Of a DNA stretch of 64,000 bases, positions 37,901 through 47,297 are shown piece after piece. This DNA comes from a virus. The stretch is from positions 1 through 64,000 of the IMG/VR virus record IMGVR_UViG_3300035703_000027, one strand, 5' to 3'. The position numbers and the translations under genes are program-made. The notes under the pieces were generated by a model. That model had not been told where the DNA came from, made no database searches, and saw nothing but the letters and a program-made list of their open reading frames with translations. Position 1 is the first letter of the stretch. The number at the start of each line of letters is the position of its first letter.

Positions 37901-40460
37901 GGCCCACGGAGCCCTGCTTTCGGAGTCCGACGACGACCTCCGGCGGGCGCTGGGCATGTTCCCGGTCGTGAGCAAGGAGAACACCGACTTCCAGGAGCCG
38001 GCGGGCTGGTCCACGCACACGATGCACGACTACCAGCGCAAGGGTGCCAACTGGCTGCTGGAGACGAAGAAGGGGATCCTGGGGTTCGGGGTGGGGCTCG
38101 GCAAGTGCCTGGGGCACGGGACGCCGGTCATGATGGCCGACGGGAGCATCAAGCCGGTGCAGGACATCGTGAATGGCGATCGCGTGATGGGGCCGGACTC
38201 GGCGCCGCGGACCGTCATGGGGGTCAACCGGGGCCGCGGGCCGCTCTACCGCATCGAGCCCGTGAAGGGCGACGCCTGGGTCTGCAACGACGTGCACGTG
38301 CTGACGCTGCGCCAGAGCGTGGGCGGGGCGGTGTTCGACATTCCGCTGGACCAGTACCTCGCGCACAAGGACACGCGGGCGCTACGCGACGCCAAGCTGT
38401 TCCGGGTGCCGGTGGAGTTCCCGGCCCGGGCGACGGCGCTCGACCCCTACATCCTCGGGGTGTGGCTCGGGGATGGAAACTCGCACCGGCCGAACATCCA
38501 CACGGTGGACGAGCCGGTGATCGAGTACCTGGTGCGCGAGGCGCCGAAGTACGGCGTGGAGGCGAAGGTAAGCCCGCAGCGGACGTGCACGGACGTGTAC
38601 ATGACGACGGCACGGGGCAGTCGGCAGCGCAACGTGGTGCTGGAGGAGGTCCGGCGCTGCTGGGTGGGCGAGGAGAAGCGCATCCCGGCGGACTATCTGC
38701 GCAACGGGCGCGAGGCACGGCTGTTGCTGCTCGCCGGGCTTATCGACACGGACGGCCACCTGACGGGCGGGTGTTACGAGGTCATCACCAAGTTCCCCGG
38801 GTTGCGGGACGACGTGCTCTACCTGGCGCGCAGCCTCGGCTTCGCGGCGTATGCCTCACGGAAGGTGGCGACCATCAAGGCGACCGGCTTCGAGGGGGTG
38901 TACTGGCGCGTCGTCATCAGCGGCGAGCTGGATCAGGTGCCGTGCCGGGTGGCGCGCAAGCAGGCCCCGCCGCGGCGCAGCAAGAAGCTCGTGACCAACA
39001 CGGGGTTCACGGCGGTGCCGCTCGGGGAGGGCGACTACTACGGCTTCACGCTGGACGGTGATGGCCGGTTTTTGCTCGGGGACTTCACGGTCACGCACAA
39101 CACCAACATCAGCATCGCGGCGGCCTGCAAGGCGCAGGAAGAGCACCCGGGCCGGCCTGCTATCTGCGTGGTGCCCGGCAAGCGCCTGTATGGCTGGAAG
39201 GCGGACATCGAGGCGGCGATGCCGGGCAAAAAGGTGTTCGTGTTCGACCAGGGCACCTCAGAGCGCGAGCAGATCAAGAAGGCGGGCGACCTGAGCCAGT
39301 ACGACTTCATCGTCGTGACCTACCGGATGCAGACGATCGAGAAGGACCACCTGGTGGGCCTGAAGCCCAGCGTGGTCATCTACGACGAGGCGCACAAGCT
39401 CAAGAACAAGAAGGCCCAGCAGTCGCAGGCAGCGGCGGAGCTGTCGGCGGCGGCGCCCTATGTGTGGGACCTGACGGCCACGCCGATGCCCAACCGGCCG
39501 GACGAGCTGATGGCCCTCATTCAGCGCAACCACGGCAAGAAGGCCATCCCGTCCAAGGACCTGTGGAACCGCTACTACAAGGTCGAAAAGAGCCGGTTCG
39601 GCTCGAAGGTGGTGGGCATCAAGGATCCCGAGGGCCTTAAGCAGGCGATCGCGCCGTTCGTGTTCATGAAGCGGGGCGACGACGCGGACGTGAACCTCAA
39701 TCTGCCGCCGCTGCGCAAGGGGCGCACGGTGCTGGAGCAGACGCAGTTCGAGCCGGATCAGCGCAGGGCGTACAACAGCGCTGCCGCGAACGTCCTGGCC
39801 TACATCAAGAGCATCGGGGGCAACCCGACGGCGGCGCAGCGGGCGGAGGCGCTGGTGCGCATGGGCAAGCTGGAGCAGATTGCCATCACGCCGGAGCTGG
39901 TGGATCCGACCTACAGCAAGCGGACGCCGAAGATACAGGAGATGCTCGACGAGATCGAGAACCGGGAGGGCGAGTTCCCGGGCAAGGGCCACGTGGTGTT
40001 CTGCCGGTTCGCGCAGGCCCTCCAGATTGCGAAGCGCGAGGCCCTCGCGGACGGGATGTTCAGGCCGGATGAGATCGCCATCATCGACGGGGCCACGTCC
40101 AAGCCGGACGTGCAGCGCATCCAGGACGCCCTGAACGCGGGCCGGCTGAAGCTGGTGCTGTGCTCGGATGCGGCGATGGAGGGCCTGAACTTCCAGCGGG
40201 GCTCGAATCACATGGTGCACCTCGACACCCCGTGGAGCCCGTACATGCAAGAGCAGCGCGACGGCCGGGTGTACCGGCAGGGCCAGCAGGAGCCGGTGCG
40301 CATCCAGACCATCGCGCAGGGCCCGATCGACCAGCATAAGGACACCCTGTCGATGCGCAAGGAGCGCATGAACGCGCAACTGTTCGGCAAGCAAGACGAG
40401 GAGGCCGCGGCCGCCGCCGTGACGGTGGCCGACCTCATGACGATGGCCCGGGAGGTGTAG
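34974..40460 (+). CDS. Leader-cargo protein 7: intein-containing SNF2 helicase (DarB-like in concept)
   Basis: Divergent leader LLKSLSHTRAHTR; GILGFGVGLGK[intein]T, YDEAHKLKN, LTATPMPNRP, EGLNFQ, QRDGRVYRQGQ; three G(A)QPGNDNA repeats. Confidence 0.85.
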   Translation: MALTLRVPTRLLNRDELLSLLKSLSHTRAHTRQTKYGAQWVHDYFRQSKEERAALVGKLARKLARGDHHEAIGTLAQATLVAKRISRQAPIDVHVTQDADGRYGVTAKPKATLAMPVVASAGKAYVEHPVAGRVEMNAVLAGRGLHQVGRKTLEKHAHVVATIDGTDHATALAKLHGQQREAIAARLAAGKTVAARVVAPHDSALHAQLAGVKAERARKAEQRQAVRLARQAEREARAQRNLAREQQRTVRRAEQNRARAEKRRTGTGRKPGAQPGNDNAQGAHEVPAWAQGERTLPTWSFGDGGARHVAGLVKDALGEHAFPQTTASAPGAMAYVSWPMGGYSYNLEVRPTAGNVMVASLVAQDGKGQQATVWERAVDGTRDDTEAALKEGAGVALVHAGLKAGTLPPLPERWWAPKPPEVAPTPEVKPAAEKKPRVRSGKKAGAQPGNDNAKGPHDVEPAAEVANLHAHRHDLAELVKAALGPAGARLRVQDFAPRGQGGVRSIMGLSGADRKAAIDGVVGPGSALEIVSGEQGGPVELSWSMRGVAGVEESYSLKATPGGEVELGMWRTDYDNPDASGYVPLWRQPAGASLAEVQAALAAGAEAALVHAGERGDQELPPLGDDTGRKPGAQPGNDNAKGTRGKKKERAPLATRDIAGMSLEEVKALVEDTASMLDGNTVYDGVVMVQDGAGFNATDHHAALRWLGQHYKTDLDYVLMAQSLIKYKGQYLDDRAEVFKALVRAAAPEDGGSGPRFKWNIKAAGWVLGNGDVQGERPPMCVYAKGEGQYGVQFKYNADFVDGIKRLVPPGQRTWDSARKEWTVSALGANKLLGEFGHRVGIDFEGHQALAAAMESEAGEAAKKEAAEAEKRAAELAEARVLMGDEVPQDGEYVLRGLKVIKAAPYVTLEAVPGYATNYQVAVKFNQFDPEFKDRLKGAVRARWEPAYKSWLVDAREVREVLALFPGAGMDAAVYEAHGALLSESDDDLRRALGMFPVVSKENTDFQEPAGWSTHTMHDYQRKGANWLLETKKGILGFGVGLGKCLGHGTPVMMADGSIKPVQDIVNGDRVMGPDSAPRTVMGVNRGRGPLYRIEPVKGDAWVCNDVHVLTLRQSVGGAVFDIPLDQYLAHKDTRALRDAKLFRVPVEFPARATALDPYILGVWLGDGNSHRPNIHTVDEPVIEYLVREAPKYGVEAKVSPQRTCTDVYMTTARGSRQRNVVLEEVRRCWVGEEKRIPADYLRNGREARLLLLAGLIDTDGHLTGGCYEVITKFPGLRDDVLYLARSLGFAAYASRKVATIKATGFEGVYWRVVISGELDQVPCRVARKQAPPRRSKKLVTNTGFTAVPLGEGDYYGFTLDGDGRFLLGDFTVTHNTNISIAAACKAQEEHPGRPAICVVPGKRLYGWKADIEAAMPGKKVFVFDQGTSEREQIKKAGDLSQYDFIVVTYRMQTIEKDHLVGLKPSVVIYDEAHKLKNKKAQQSQAAAELSAAAPYVWDLTATPMPNRPDELMALIQRNHGKKAIPSKDLWNRYYKVEKSRFGSKVVGIKDPEGLKQAIAPFVFMKRGDDADVNLNLPPLRKGRTVLEQTQFEPDQRRAYNSAAANVLAYIKSIGGNPTAAQRAEALVRMGKLEQIAITPELVDPTYSKRTPKIQEMLDEIENREGEFPGKGHVVFCRFAQALQIAKREALADGMFRPDEIAIIDGATSKPDVQRIQDALNAGRLKLVLCSDAAMEGLNFQRGSNHMVHLDTPWSPYMQEQRDGRVYRQGQQEPVRIQTIAQGPIDQHKDTLSMRKERMNAQLFGKQDEEAAAAAVTVADLMTMAREV
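38106..39101 (+). mobile_element. Intein (332 aa) with LAGLIDADG homing endonuclease, inserted in Walker A
   Basis: Starts CLGHGTPVMMADG, contains LAGLIDTDG, ends TVTHN followed by Thr (+1 nucleophile). Confidence 0.93.
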
Positions 40461-40462
40461 CC

Positions 40463-40711
40463 GTGGCGCTGCTTTCAAAAGACGTGATCCTGCACATGCT
40501 CTACTGGGGCCAGAGCACGGCCCACCGGCTGGCCTACTTCGAGCCCGAGGCCTATGCCGACCTGAAGGAGAGCCTCGCGGCGCTGGGGCTGGCTGCCGAG
40601 GCCCCGCCGTGGATCGACGAGCCGGCCGACGCCGGGTACGCGGCGCAGCGTGCCGCGCGTCTCGCGGCGCTGGAGCGTGACGAGGACGACGGGGGCGCCG
40701 ACGGGGAGTAG
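40463..40711 (+). CDS. Small acidic protein coupled to the SNF2 cargo gene
   Basis: GTG start 3 nt after the upstream stop, GGAGG RBS. Confidence 0.6.
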   Translation: MALLSKDVILHMLYWGQSTAHRLAYFEPEAYADLKESLAALGLAAEAPPWIDEPADAGYAAQRAARLAALERDEDDGGADGE

Positions 40712-40713
40712 CT

Positions 40714-40753
40714 GGCAAACACCCGGCCCCCGTGGCGCGCGCTGCGCTACGCT
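40714..40753 (+). promoter_or_regulatory. Class B promoter-like motif
   Basis: GGCAA-N29-TACGCT. Confidence 0.72.
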
Positions 40754-40772
40754 GGGGCCGGAGGGTGTCGCC

Positions 40773-43598
40773 ATGCGGTTGTTTGCTGCCATCTACCTGG
40801 ACCTGTTGAAGGCCCTGATTCAGGTCAAGGCCCACACCCGGAAGGACGGCACCCAGGTGCGGGCGCACACCCGCAACATCCAGTCCCGGGCCGAGCGCAA
40901 GGAGCTGGTGGCGGCCCTCGCGCGCAAGATGGCGGACGGCGCGCGCACGCGCCACGCCACCCTGGCGTCGGCCGTCGGGGCCGCCCGGTACGCGTCGAAG
41001 GTCAACGGCAAGGCCGTGCACGTGTACGAGCACCCGGAAGGCGGCTGGGTCGCGACCCATGACGAGACGCACACGGAGGGGCACCCCGAGAAGATCGTCG
41101 CCCTGAAGGGCCGGGCGCGGCTGCACCGGGCGGGCGAGGCCTCGCGCAGCCTGGCGCACCTCAAGGGGCCCATCCTGGAGCACGTCGAGAAGCCGGCGCC
41201 CGCACCCAAGGTGAAGCCGGCCCGGCCCAAGCGGGAGAAGCAGCCGGAGCCGGTGGCGACGCCCGAGCCGGCCGCGAACGACGCGGAGGGGCTGCGCGCG
41301 CAGGCGGAGGCGCTGGGGATCCGGCTGTCGGCGGTGGAGAAGCGGGCGCTGGCGAACGGCAACCGGGTCGTGATGGGCTGGCTGCGCAAGCAGATCGAGA
41401 AGCGGCAGGGCAAGCCCGCGGCGCCCAAGCCGGCGCCCGTGGCGCCCGAGGTGGAGCAGGTGGCGCCCGAGCCTGACGCGCCCAAGCCGGAAGAGAAGCC
41501 CGCCGAACGGAAGCCCCGGGCGGAGAAGCCCAAGGCCCCCGCGCCGGAGAAGGCGGCCGACGCGGAACCCAAGGGGCCGCGCGGTGAACGCGAGTACGAG
41601 GACGTGGGCGAGAAGATCGGGGGGGCGCGCAAGGACCTCGCGGCAGCGTTCGCCCGGGGCGAAAAGAGCTTCGAGAACATCGACTGGTCCGAGATGCAGG
41701 AACTCCCCGAGACGGCGGCCAAGGTCATCATCAAGGCCAACCTGATTGGGCACCTGACACCAGAGCACCTCAAGAGCTTGGGGATGGACGCCCGCGCCGC
41801 GTACATGCTGGATCACATCCTCGGGACCATCGTGCGGGCTCCCAAAGACAGCAACTTGGAGCGTTATCGCTATGCGCGGGCGCTGGACCGCATCGCCAGG
41901 GCGGTGCGTAACGTCAAAACGCTGGACGACCTGCACGGCATGCTGCGAGATATGCACGACGAAGCCGCTGGCGTTTACGGCGACGCCGAGGATCTTGCCC
42001 CCCTGCAACTGCTACAGGCCAAAAAGGCCGTGGTCAGCAAGCGAATCCAGGACCTATATGCCGCTGGCATCCACCCGTCTGGAGACAACGCAGAACTCAA
42101 CAACCTGTTGGCGGAACGCAACAACCTGTGGGACGAGATGAGCACGCAGCTCGACAAGGTGCGCGCCAAGTCACGCAGCACGCCACACCCCTGGGGTGCA
42201 TGCTACGGCGCACTCGGTGCGAACTTCGCCAAAGGCCTGGACAAGCTCGGCTACCAGGTCAGCGATTTTGGGATCCCGTCAGACACCAAGACGATCATGA
42301 ACCTGCCCCGCGGCACCTACAAGACCTCGTGGAGTGACGCCCTGAGCAAGGCGCGCGGCATGAAGGCCGACGACTGGAGCTGGTCCGAAAAGGCGTCAGA
42401 GGGCTCTACGGCCCCGAAGGAAAAGGCAGCCAAGGGAGCAAAGCCGACGGGCGAGATTCGCCTGCCGGACTGGAAGCGCAAGACCCCCGAGCAGTACGAG
42501 CGCACGGGCGGCAAGACGGTGGACTTCGGCGCCCTCTCGAAAGACGGCAAGATCAAGCCGGAGGGCATTATGCAGGCGTTCAAGCTGCGAGGTGTCGAGT
42601 ACGGCAACTGGGTCACGCAGGCCGAGGCGGCCCACCACACGCAGCGCGCCGGCGAGGCCCTGCAAGACCTCGCGACAATTCTGGGGGTCACGCCAGAGCA
42701 TGTCAGCTATGGCGGACGGCTGGCCCTGGCGTTTGGGGCGCGGGGTTCGGGGAAAGCTTTGGCGCACTACGAGTCCGAACGTAAGGTCATCAACCTGACC
42801 AAGCACGCTGGTGGCGGCACGCTGGCCCACGAGTGGGCCCACTTCCTCGACAACATCGTGGCAAACGTCTCGCAGCCGACAACGGGTGAGGTGCAGGACG
42901 CGACGCGTTACATGTCTCACTGGGACGAGAAGGGGGTGCCCGGCCAGGCGCACCCACGCGTCGCACAGGCGATCGCGGGCGTCCTCAAGGCCATGCACGA
43001 GGGCGGCGTTCCCCAGCTTGAATCAGTCAAGCCGCCAAAAAACCCGGCCCCGCTCTACTACAGATACGCCGACCTGGACCAGTTTGTCGCCGAGCACGGC
43101 CCGCAAGAAGGCTTCAACAAGTACATCGAGGGCAAGCGTCAGACCGCGCGGTGGCAGATGCGCACGAGCACCGTGCGCGACTATGCCAAGTACGTCGCGG
43201 CGAAAACGGGGACCATCATCCACTATGACGTGGGGACGCAGAACAGCGATTTTTACACGACGGCCATCACGCAGGACATGGGCTCACCAAAATACTGGGC
43301 AACGCCCCACGAAATGTTTGCGCGGGCGTTCGAGGCCTACGTGCAGGACAAGGGCGCAGAGAAGGGCATCACCAACAACTACCTGGTGGACGGAACCAGG
43401 GTGCCCTCGGACCTCACATACCGGCACCCCACGGCAGGAGAGCGCCCCTTCGCGGTGTACCCGGTGGGCGAGGAGCGCAAGCGCATCAACGCCGCGATGG
43501 ACGACCTGATGGCCGCCCTGCGGGAGACGGACACCCTGAAGAAGGCCCTGGCGCTCGCGGGCCCGTCGAGCGGGATGCTGTTCCGGCGCTGGTGGTAG
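40773..43598 (+). CDS. Leader-cargo protein 8: LPD5-like and LPD1-like polyvalent domains
   Basis: Leader; EDVGEKIGGARKD; GVEYGNWV...LAFGARG...INLTK..GGGTLAHEWAHFLDN...YWATPHEMFARAFEAYV...EERKRIN. Confidence 0.82.
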   Translation: MRLFAAIYLDLLKALIQVKAHTRKDGTQVRAHTRNIQSRAERKELVAALARKMADGARTRHATLASAVGAARYASKVNGKAVHVYEHPEGGWVATHDETHTEGHPEKIVALKGRARLHRAGEASRSLAHLKGPILEHVEKPAPAPKVKPARPKREKQPEPVATPEPAANDAEGLRAQAEALGIRLSAVEKRALANGNRVVMGWLRKQIEKRQGKPAAPKPAPVAPEVEQVAPEPDAPKPEEKPAERKPRAEKPKAPAPEKAADAEPKGPRGEREYEDVGEKIGGARKDLAAAFARGEKSFENIDWSEMQELPETAAKVIIKANLIGHLTPEHLKSLGMDARAAYMLDHILGTIVRAPKDSNLERYRYARALDRIARAVRNVKTLDDLHGMLRDMHDEAAGVYGDAEDLAPLQLLQAKKAVVSKRIQDLYAAGIHPSGDNAELNNLLAERNNLWDEMSTQLDKVRAKSRSTPHPWGACYGALGANFAKGLDKLGYQVSDFGIPSDTKTIMNLPRGTYKTSWSDALSKARGMKADDWSWSEKASEGSTAPKEKAAKGAKPTGEIRLPDWKRKTPEQYERTGGKTVDFGALSKDGKIKPEGIMQAFKLRGVEYGNWVTQAEAAHHTQRAGEALQDLATILGVTPEHVSYGGRLALAFGARGSGKALAHYESERKVINLTKHAGGGTLAHEWAHFLDNIVANVSQPTTGEVQDATRYMSHWDEKGVPGQAHPRVAQAIAGVLKAMHEGGVPQLESVKPPKNPAPLYYRYADLDQFVAEHGPQEGFNKYIEGKRQTARWQMRTSTVRDYAKYVAAKTGTIIHYDVGTQNSDFYTTAITQDMGSPKYWATPHEMFARAFEAYVQDKGAEKGITNNYLVDGTRVPSDLTYRHPTAGERPFAVYPVGEERKRINAAMDDLMAALRETDTLKKALALAGPSSGMLFRRWW

Positions 43599-43599
43599 C

Positions 43600-43639
43600 G
43601 GCAAGGGGGAGCCTCACGGGGCGCCCCCGCCCTTACGAT
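43600..43639 (+). promoter_or_regulatory. Class B promoter-like motif
   Basis: GGCAA-N29-TACGAT. Confidence 0.72.
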
Positions 43640-43657
43640 GGGGGCGGAGGACACCCC

Positions 43658-45529
43658 ATGCGTTCGATGTCGCACAGGCCTGGCCTGGCGTTGCTCAAGG
43701 CCCTCATCCAGGTGCGCCAGCACACCCGGAAGGACGGCACGACCGTGCGGGCCCACACGCGCAACGTGCAGACCCGGGGCGAGCGGCGCGCGCTGGTGGC
43801 GACGATGGCGGAGCGCATGGCCGGCGGTGCGCCCGTGCGGCACGCGAGCCTCGGGTCCGCCCTCGGGGCGGCCCGGCACGCGTCCAAGGTCAACGGCAGG
43901 GCCGCGCACGTGTACGAGCACCCGGAGGGGGGCTGGGTATCGACGCACGACGGCAGCCACACGGAGGGCCACGACGAGAAGATCGTGGCGGTGAAGGGCC
44001 GGGCGCGCCTGCACCGTGCGGGCGAGGCATCGCGCAGCCTGGCGCACCTCAAGGGGCCCATCGCGGAGCACGTCGAGAAGCCCGCGCCCGCGCCCGCGCC
44101 CAAGGTGAAGCCGGCCCGCCCCAAGGCCCCGCCGCCCGCGGCCGAGCCGGTGCCCGCCGCCCCGGCCGCGGACGCGGCGGCGGCGCGGCAGCGCGAGGCG
44201 GTCCTGCCCGCGGAGCGGCTGACCTACCCGGGGGCGCCGGAGGCGGTGGTGTACCACGACGCCAACAACCACTCGGTCGTGATCAGCTTCCGCGGCGGGG
44301 TGTCCACGGCGGCGACCCGCGAGGCCCTCAAAGCCCGGGGGTTCCGCTACAACGAGGTCGGCAACGACTGGTACGCGCCCCACACGCCCGAGGCCGTGCG
44401 CCTGGCGAACTACACGCGCCGGCGCTACAACGGCCTGACGCCCGAAGAGCACGCCCAGCGGGAGGCCTGGGACACCCTGACGCCCGCGAAGCGCCACGCG
44501 ATCGCCTACGAGCCGCTGACGCAGCTCGGGGGCGCCGGCCCGCAGCACGACAACCGCCCGCACGGGTTGCTGGCGCGCGCCCGGGGCCTCGACCTTCCCG
44601 TGTCGCCGGAGATGGCGCAGGCGGTGCAGGCGCACGACCACCTGGCCATGGTGCAACTGCACGGCGCGGTGCATGCCGCCGAGGGGCGGCGGGGCCGGGA
44701 GGAGGAGCTGCACGACGGCGTGGACCCCCACCCGATGGCGCTGCTGAAAGCGGCGTCCGAGGCCGGGCTGACGTTTGCCCCCGACGAGGTGCAAGCCCTC
44801 GTGGCGCGGCAGCGGCCCGCCCTGCTGGCGGCGCAGACGCGGGTGGCCGAGGCGCAGGTACAGGCCAAGCGCCGCCGGGCGCTGGACAACGCGGGCCTGA
44901 CGGGCGGCGCGCAGCCGCGCGCGTCCTTCACCGCCCCCATCCAGGTGCGGCGGCCCGGCGGGGGCGTCGCGGCGGTGTCCCACACCTTCGAGACCGGCCA
45001 GCGGGTGCTCTGGTCGCGCAAGGGGCAAGCGGTCCCCGTGACGCTCGCCGGCATCATGCAGAAGCCCGGCCAGGCGCCTACCTTCCAGGTGTTCAGCGAT
45101 GACGGGCAGCCGTTCAACGTGCCGGTGGCCGCCATCGCCGGGGCCCCGACCTACGACGCCCCGCCGGCGCAGGGCCCGGCCGACGGGCCCAGGTTCGTGG
45201 ACGCCTACACCGCCAACATCGAGGTCTGGGAGAAGCGGGGCGACGGGGCGGCAGGGGTGCGCAGGCCGCACACCTTCCGGCCCGGCCAGCGCGTCCGCTT
45301 TGCGGACGGCCGCGGCTTCTCCACCGGCGTGCTGCTGTTCATCTACCAGGAGGCCGGCAAGCGCCAGCCGACGTTCCGCGTGGTGAACGATCACACCGGC
45401 GAGGTGCATGCCGTGGTGGCCGACAACATGGTGCGGCGCGTGACCTACAGCCGGCCGCCGGCGCAGGCGGACGAGCTGCGCAAGGCCCTGGAGGGCCCGT
45501 CGAGCCGGCTGCTGGTCGCGCGCTTGTAG
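43658..45529 (+). CDS. Leader-cargo protein 9 (HARP-like plus SH3/KOW-like domains)
   Basis: LLKALIQVRQHTRKDG leader; REALKARGFRY...WY; HTF..GQRV twice. Confidence 0.72.
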   Translation: MRSMSHRPGLALLKALIQVRQHTRKDGTTVRAHTRNVQTRGERRALVATMAERMAGGAPVRHASLGSALGAARHASKVNGRAAHVYEHPEGGWVSTHDGSHTEGHDEKIVAVKGRARLHRAGEASRSLAHLKGPIAEHVEKPAPAPAPKVKPARPKAPPPAAEPVPAAPAADAAAARQREAVLPAERLTYPGAPEAVVYHDANNHSVVISFRGGVSTAATREALKARGFRYNEVGNDWYAPHTPEAVRLANYTRRRYNGLTPEEHAQREAWDTLTPAKRHAIAYEPLTQLGGAGPQHDNRPHGLLARARGLDLPVSPEMAQAVQAHDHLAMVQLHGAVHAAEGRRGREEELHDGVDPHPMALLKAASEAGLTFAPDEVQALVARQRPALLAAQTRVAEAQVQAKRRRALDNAGLTGGAQPRASFTAPIQVRRPGGGVAAVSHTFETGQRVLWSRKGQAVPVTLAGIMQKPGQAPTFQVFSDDGQPFNVPVAAIAGAPTYDAPPAQGPADGPRFVDAYTANIEVWEKRGDGAAGVRRPHTFRPGQRVRFADGRGFSTGVLLFIYQEAGKRQPTFRVVNDHTGEVHAVVADNMVRRVTYSRPPAQADELRKALEGPSSRLLVARL

Positions 45530-45532
45530 GGT

Positions 45533-45572
45533 GGCAACTCGGGGCCCGGGCAGCCGCTTCCGGCCCTACGAT
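45533..45572 (+). promoter_or_regulatory. Class B promoter-like motif
   Basis: GGCAA-N29-TACGAT. Confidence 0.75.
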
Positions 45573-45590
45573 GGGGCAGGAGGCACCGCC

Positions 45591-47297
45591 ATGCGCTCGT
45601 ACTTCGTCGGCCCGGGGCTGCAAGCCCTGGAGAAGGCCCTCATCCAGGTGCGCCAGCACACCCGGAAGGATGGTACGGTCGTGCGGGCCCACACCCGCAA
45701 CGTCCAGTCCCGCTCCGAGCGGCACGACATGGTGGCGGCCCTGTCGCGCCGGATGGCGGGCGGGGAGCACGTGCGGCACGCCACGCTGGCCTCCGCCCTG
45801 GGGGGCGCCCGGCACGCCTCGAAGGCGAACGGCAAGGCGGCCCACGTGTACGAGCACGCCGACGGCGGCTGGGTGGTGACGCACGACGCCAGCCACACCG
45901 AGGGCCACAAAGAGCGCATCGTGGCGGTGAAGGGCAAGGCGCGCCTGCACCGGGCGAAGGGACCCTCGCGCAGCCTGGCGCACCTCAAGGGCCCCATCGC
46001 GGAGCACACGCCCAAGCCGTTCGTGCCCAAGGTGAAGCCGGCCCGGCCGAAGAAGCAGCCACCGGCCCCCGTGGTGGCGCCGCTGGACGCGCATGGGGCC
46101 AAGCAGCGCGACCGGGTGCTGCCGCCGCAGCGCATCGCGCTGGAGGAGCGCCCCACGGTGCTTGCCGCGCGCGACATGACGGCGCGCAAGGTCGTCATCA
46201 AGTTCAAGGGGGCGCTCCCGAGCCTCAAGACGGCGGAGGTGTTGCGGGCGCGCGGGTTCGAGCCGCAGCCGGGCGACCAGGTGTGGCTCGCCCCGCTTTC
46301 GCGGCGGGCGGTCCAGCTCGCGAACTACACGCGCCGGCGCTACAACGGGCTGTCGCCCGAGGAGCAGGCCGCCTGGGAGCGCTGGCCCGAGCTGCACCCG
46401 CACGAGCGGGAGCTGCTGGCTGCCGCCCCCCTGCCGCGCATCCGGGAGCGGCCCAAAGACTACCTGGTGCCTAACGACCTCACGGAGCGGGCGCGGGCCG
46501 CGGGCGCGGCCTACGGCATCGACCCGCAGTTCTGGCGCAAGGCCCAGGAGTCGCCCGCGTGGCAGCGGCACCTGGAGCGCCGGGTGGCGATCGCCGAGGC
46601 GGCGATCGACCCCGGGCAGCAGGAGCCCGACGACACCCCGCACGGCCTGCTGCTGCGGGCGCACCGCCTCGCCTTGCCGGTGGCGCAAGACCTCGCCGAT
46701 GCGGCCGTGAAGCTGGACCATGCCGCCCTCGCGAACCTCGCCGGCCAGGTCGAAGCGGCCGAACGGTCCGCGGGCGTGGCCCCCGCCTGGGAGCCTGCCG
46801 ACGATCGCAACGTGCGGCACGAGCCCGTTTCCCCGGGCGAGCTGATTCAGCGCGCGCACCGGGCGGGCCTCACGCTGCCGCGCGAGAGCCTGCAAGTGCT
46901 GCTGGCGGAGAAGCCCGACGAGACGGCGGAGGCCCTGCGGCGCGTCAAGGCGGCGGAGGCCGCGCAGTCCGGGACGGGCAGCTTCACGGCCACGCTGCGC
47001 ACGCCCACGGGGCCGGTGTCCCACACCTTCCGGCCCGGCCAGCGCGTGCTCTACCGGACGCCGTGGGGGCGTGTCGAGGAGGCCACCTTGCAGTCGATCG
47101 ACCTGGAGAAGCGCCGCGTCGGGCTGGTGACGTGGCGCGGTGCGAGCGTCGAGGCCCCGATCCTCGACATCACGCAGCCGATGTACCGGGTCATGCCCAA
47201 GGACCCCCCGACGGGCCTGCCCATGGCCAAGGCGCTGGGCCTGCCGCCCCGGGCCCGGCCCGTCAGCTCGCGGCTGTTTGCACGCTTCCTCGGCTGA
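45591..47297 (+). CDS. Leader-cargo protein 10, paralogue of protein 9
   Basis: LEKALIQVRQHTRKDG leader; shared LANYTRRRYNGL.PEE and HTFRPGQRVL. Confidence 0.72.
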   Translation: MRSYFVGPGLQALEKALIQVRQHTRKDGTVVRAHTRNVQSRSERHDMVAALSRRMAGGEHVRHATLASALGGARHASKANGKAAHVYEHADGGWVVTHDASHTEGHKERIVAVKGKARLHRAKGPSRSLAHLKGPIAEHTPKPFVPKVKPARPKKQPPAPVVAPLDAHGAKQRDRVLPPQRIALEERPTVLAARDMTARKVVIKFKGALPSLKTAEVLRARGFEPQPGDQVWLAPLSRRAVQLANYTRRRYNGLSPEEQAAWERWPELHPHERELLAAAPLPRIRERPKDYLVPNDLTERARAAGAAYGIDPQFWRKAQESPAWQRHLERRVAIAEAAIDPGQQEPDDTPHGLLLRAHRLALPVAQDLADAAVKLDHAALANLAGQVEAAERSAGVAPAWEPADDRNVRHEPVSPGELIQRAHRAGLTLPRESLQVLLAEKPDETAEALRRVKAAEAAQSGTGSFTATLRTPTGPVSHTFRPGQRVLYRTPWGRVEEATLQSIDLEKRRVGLVTWRGASVEAPILDITQPMYRVMPKDPPTGLPMAKALGLPPRARPVSSRLFARFLG

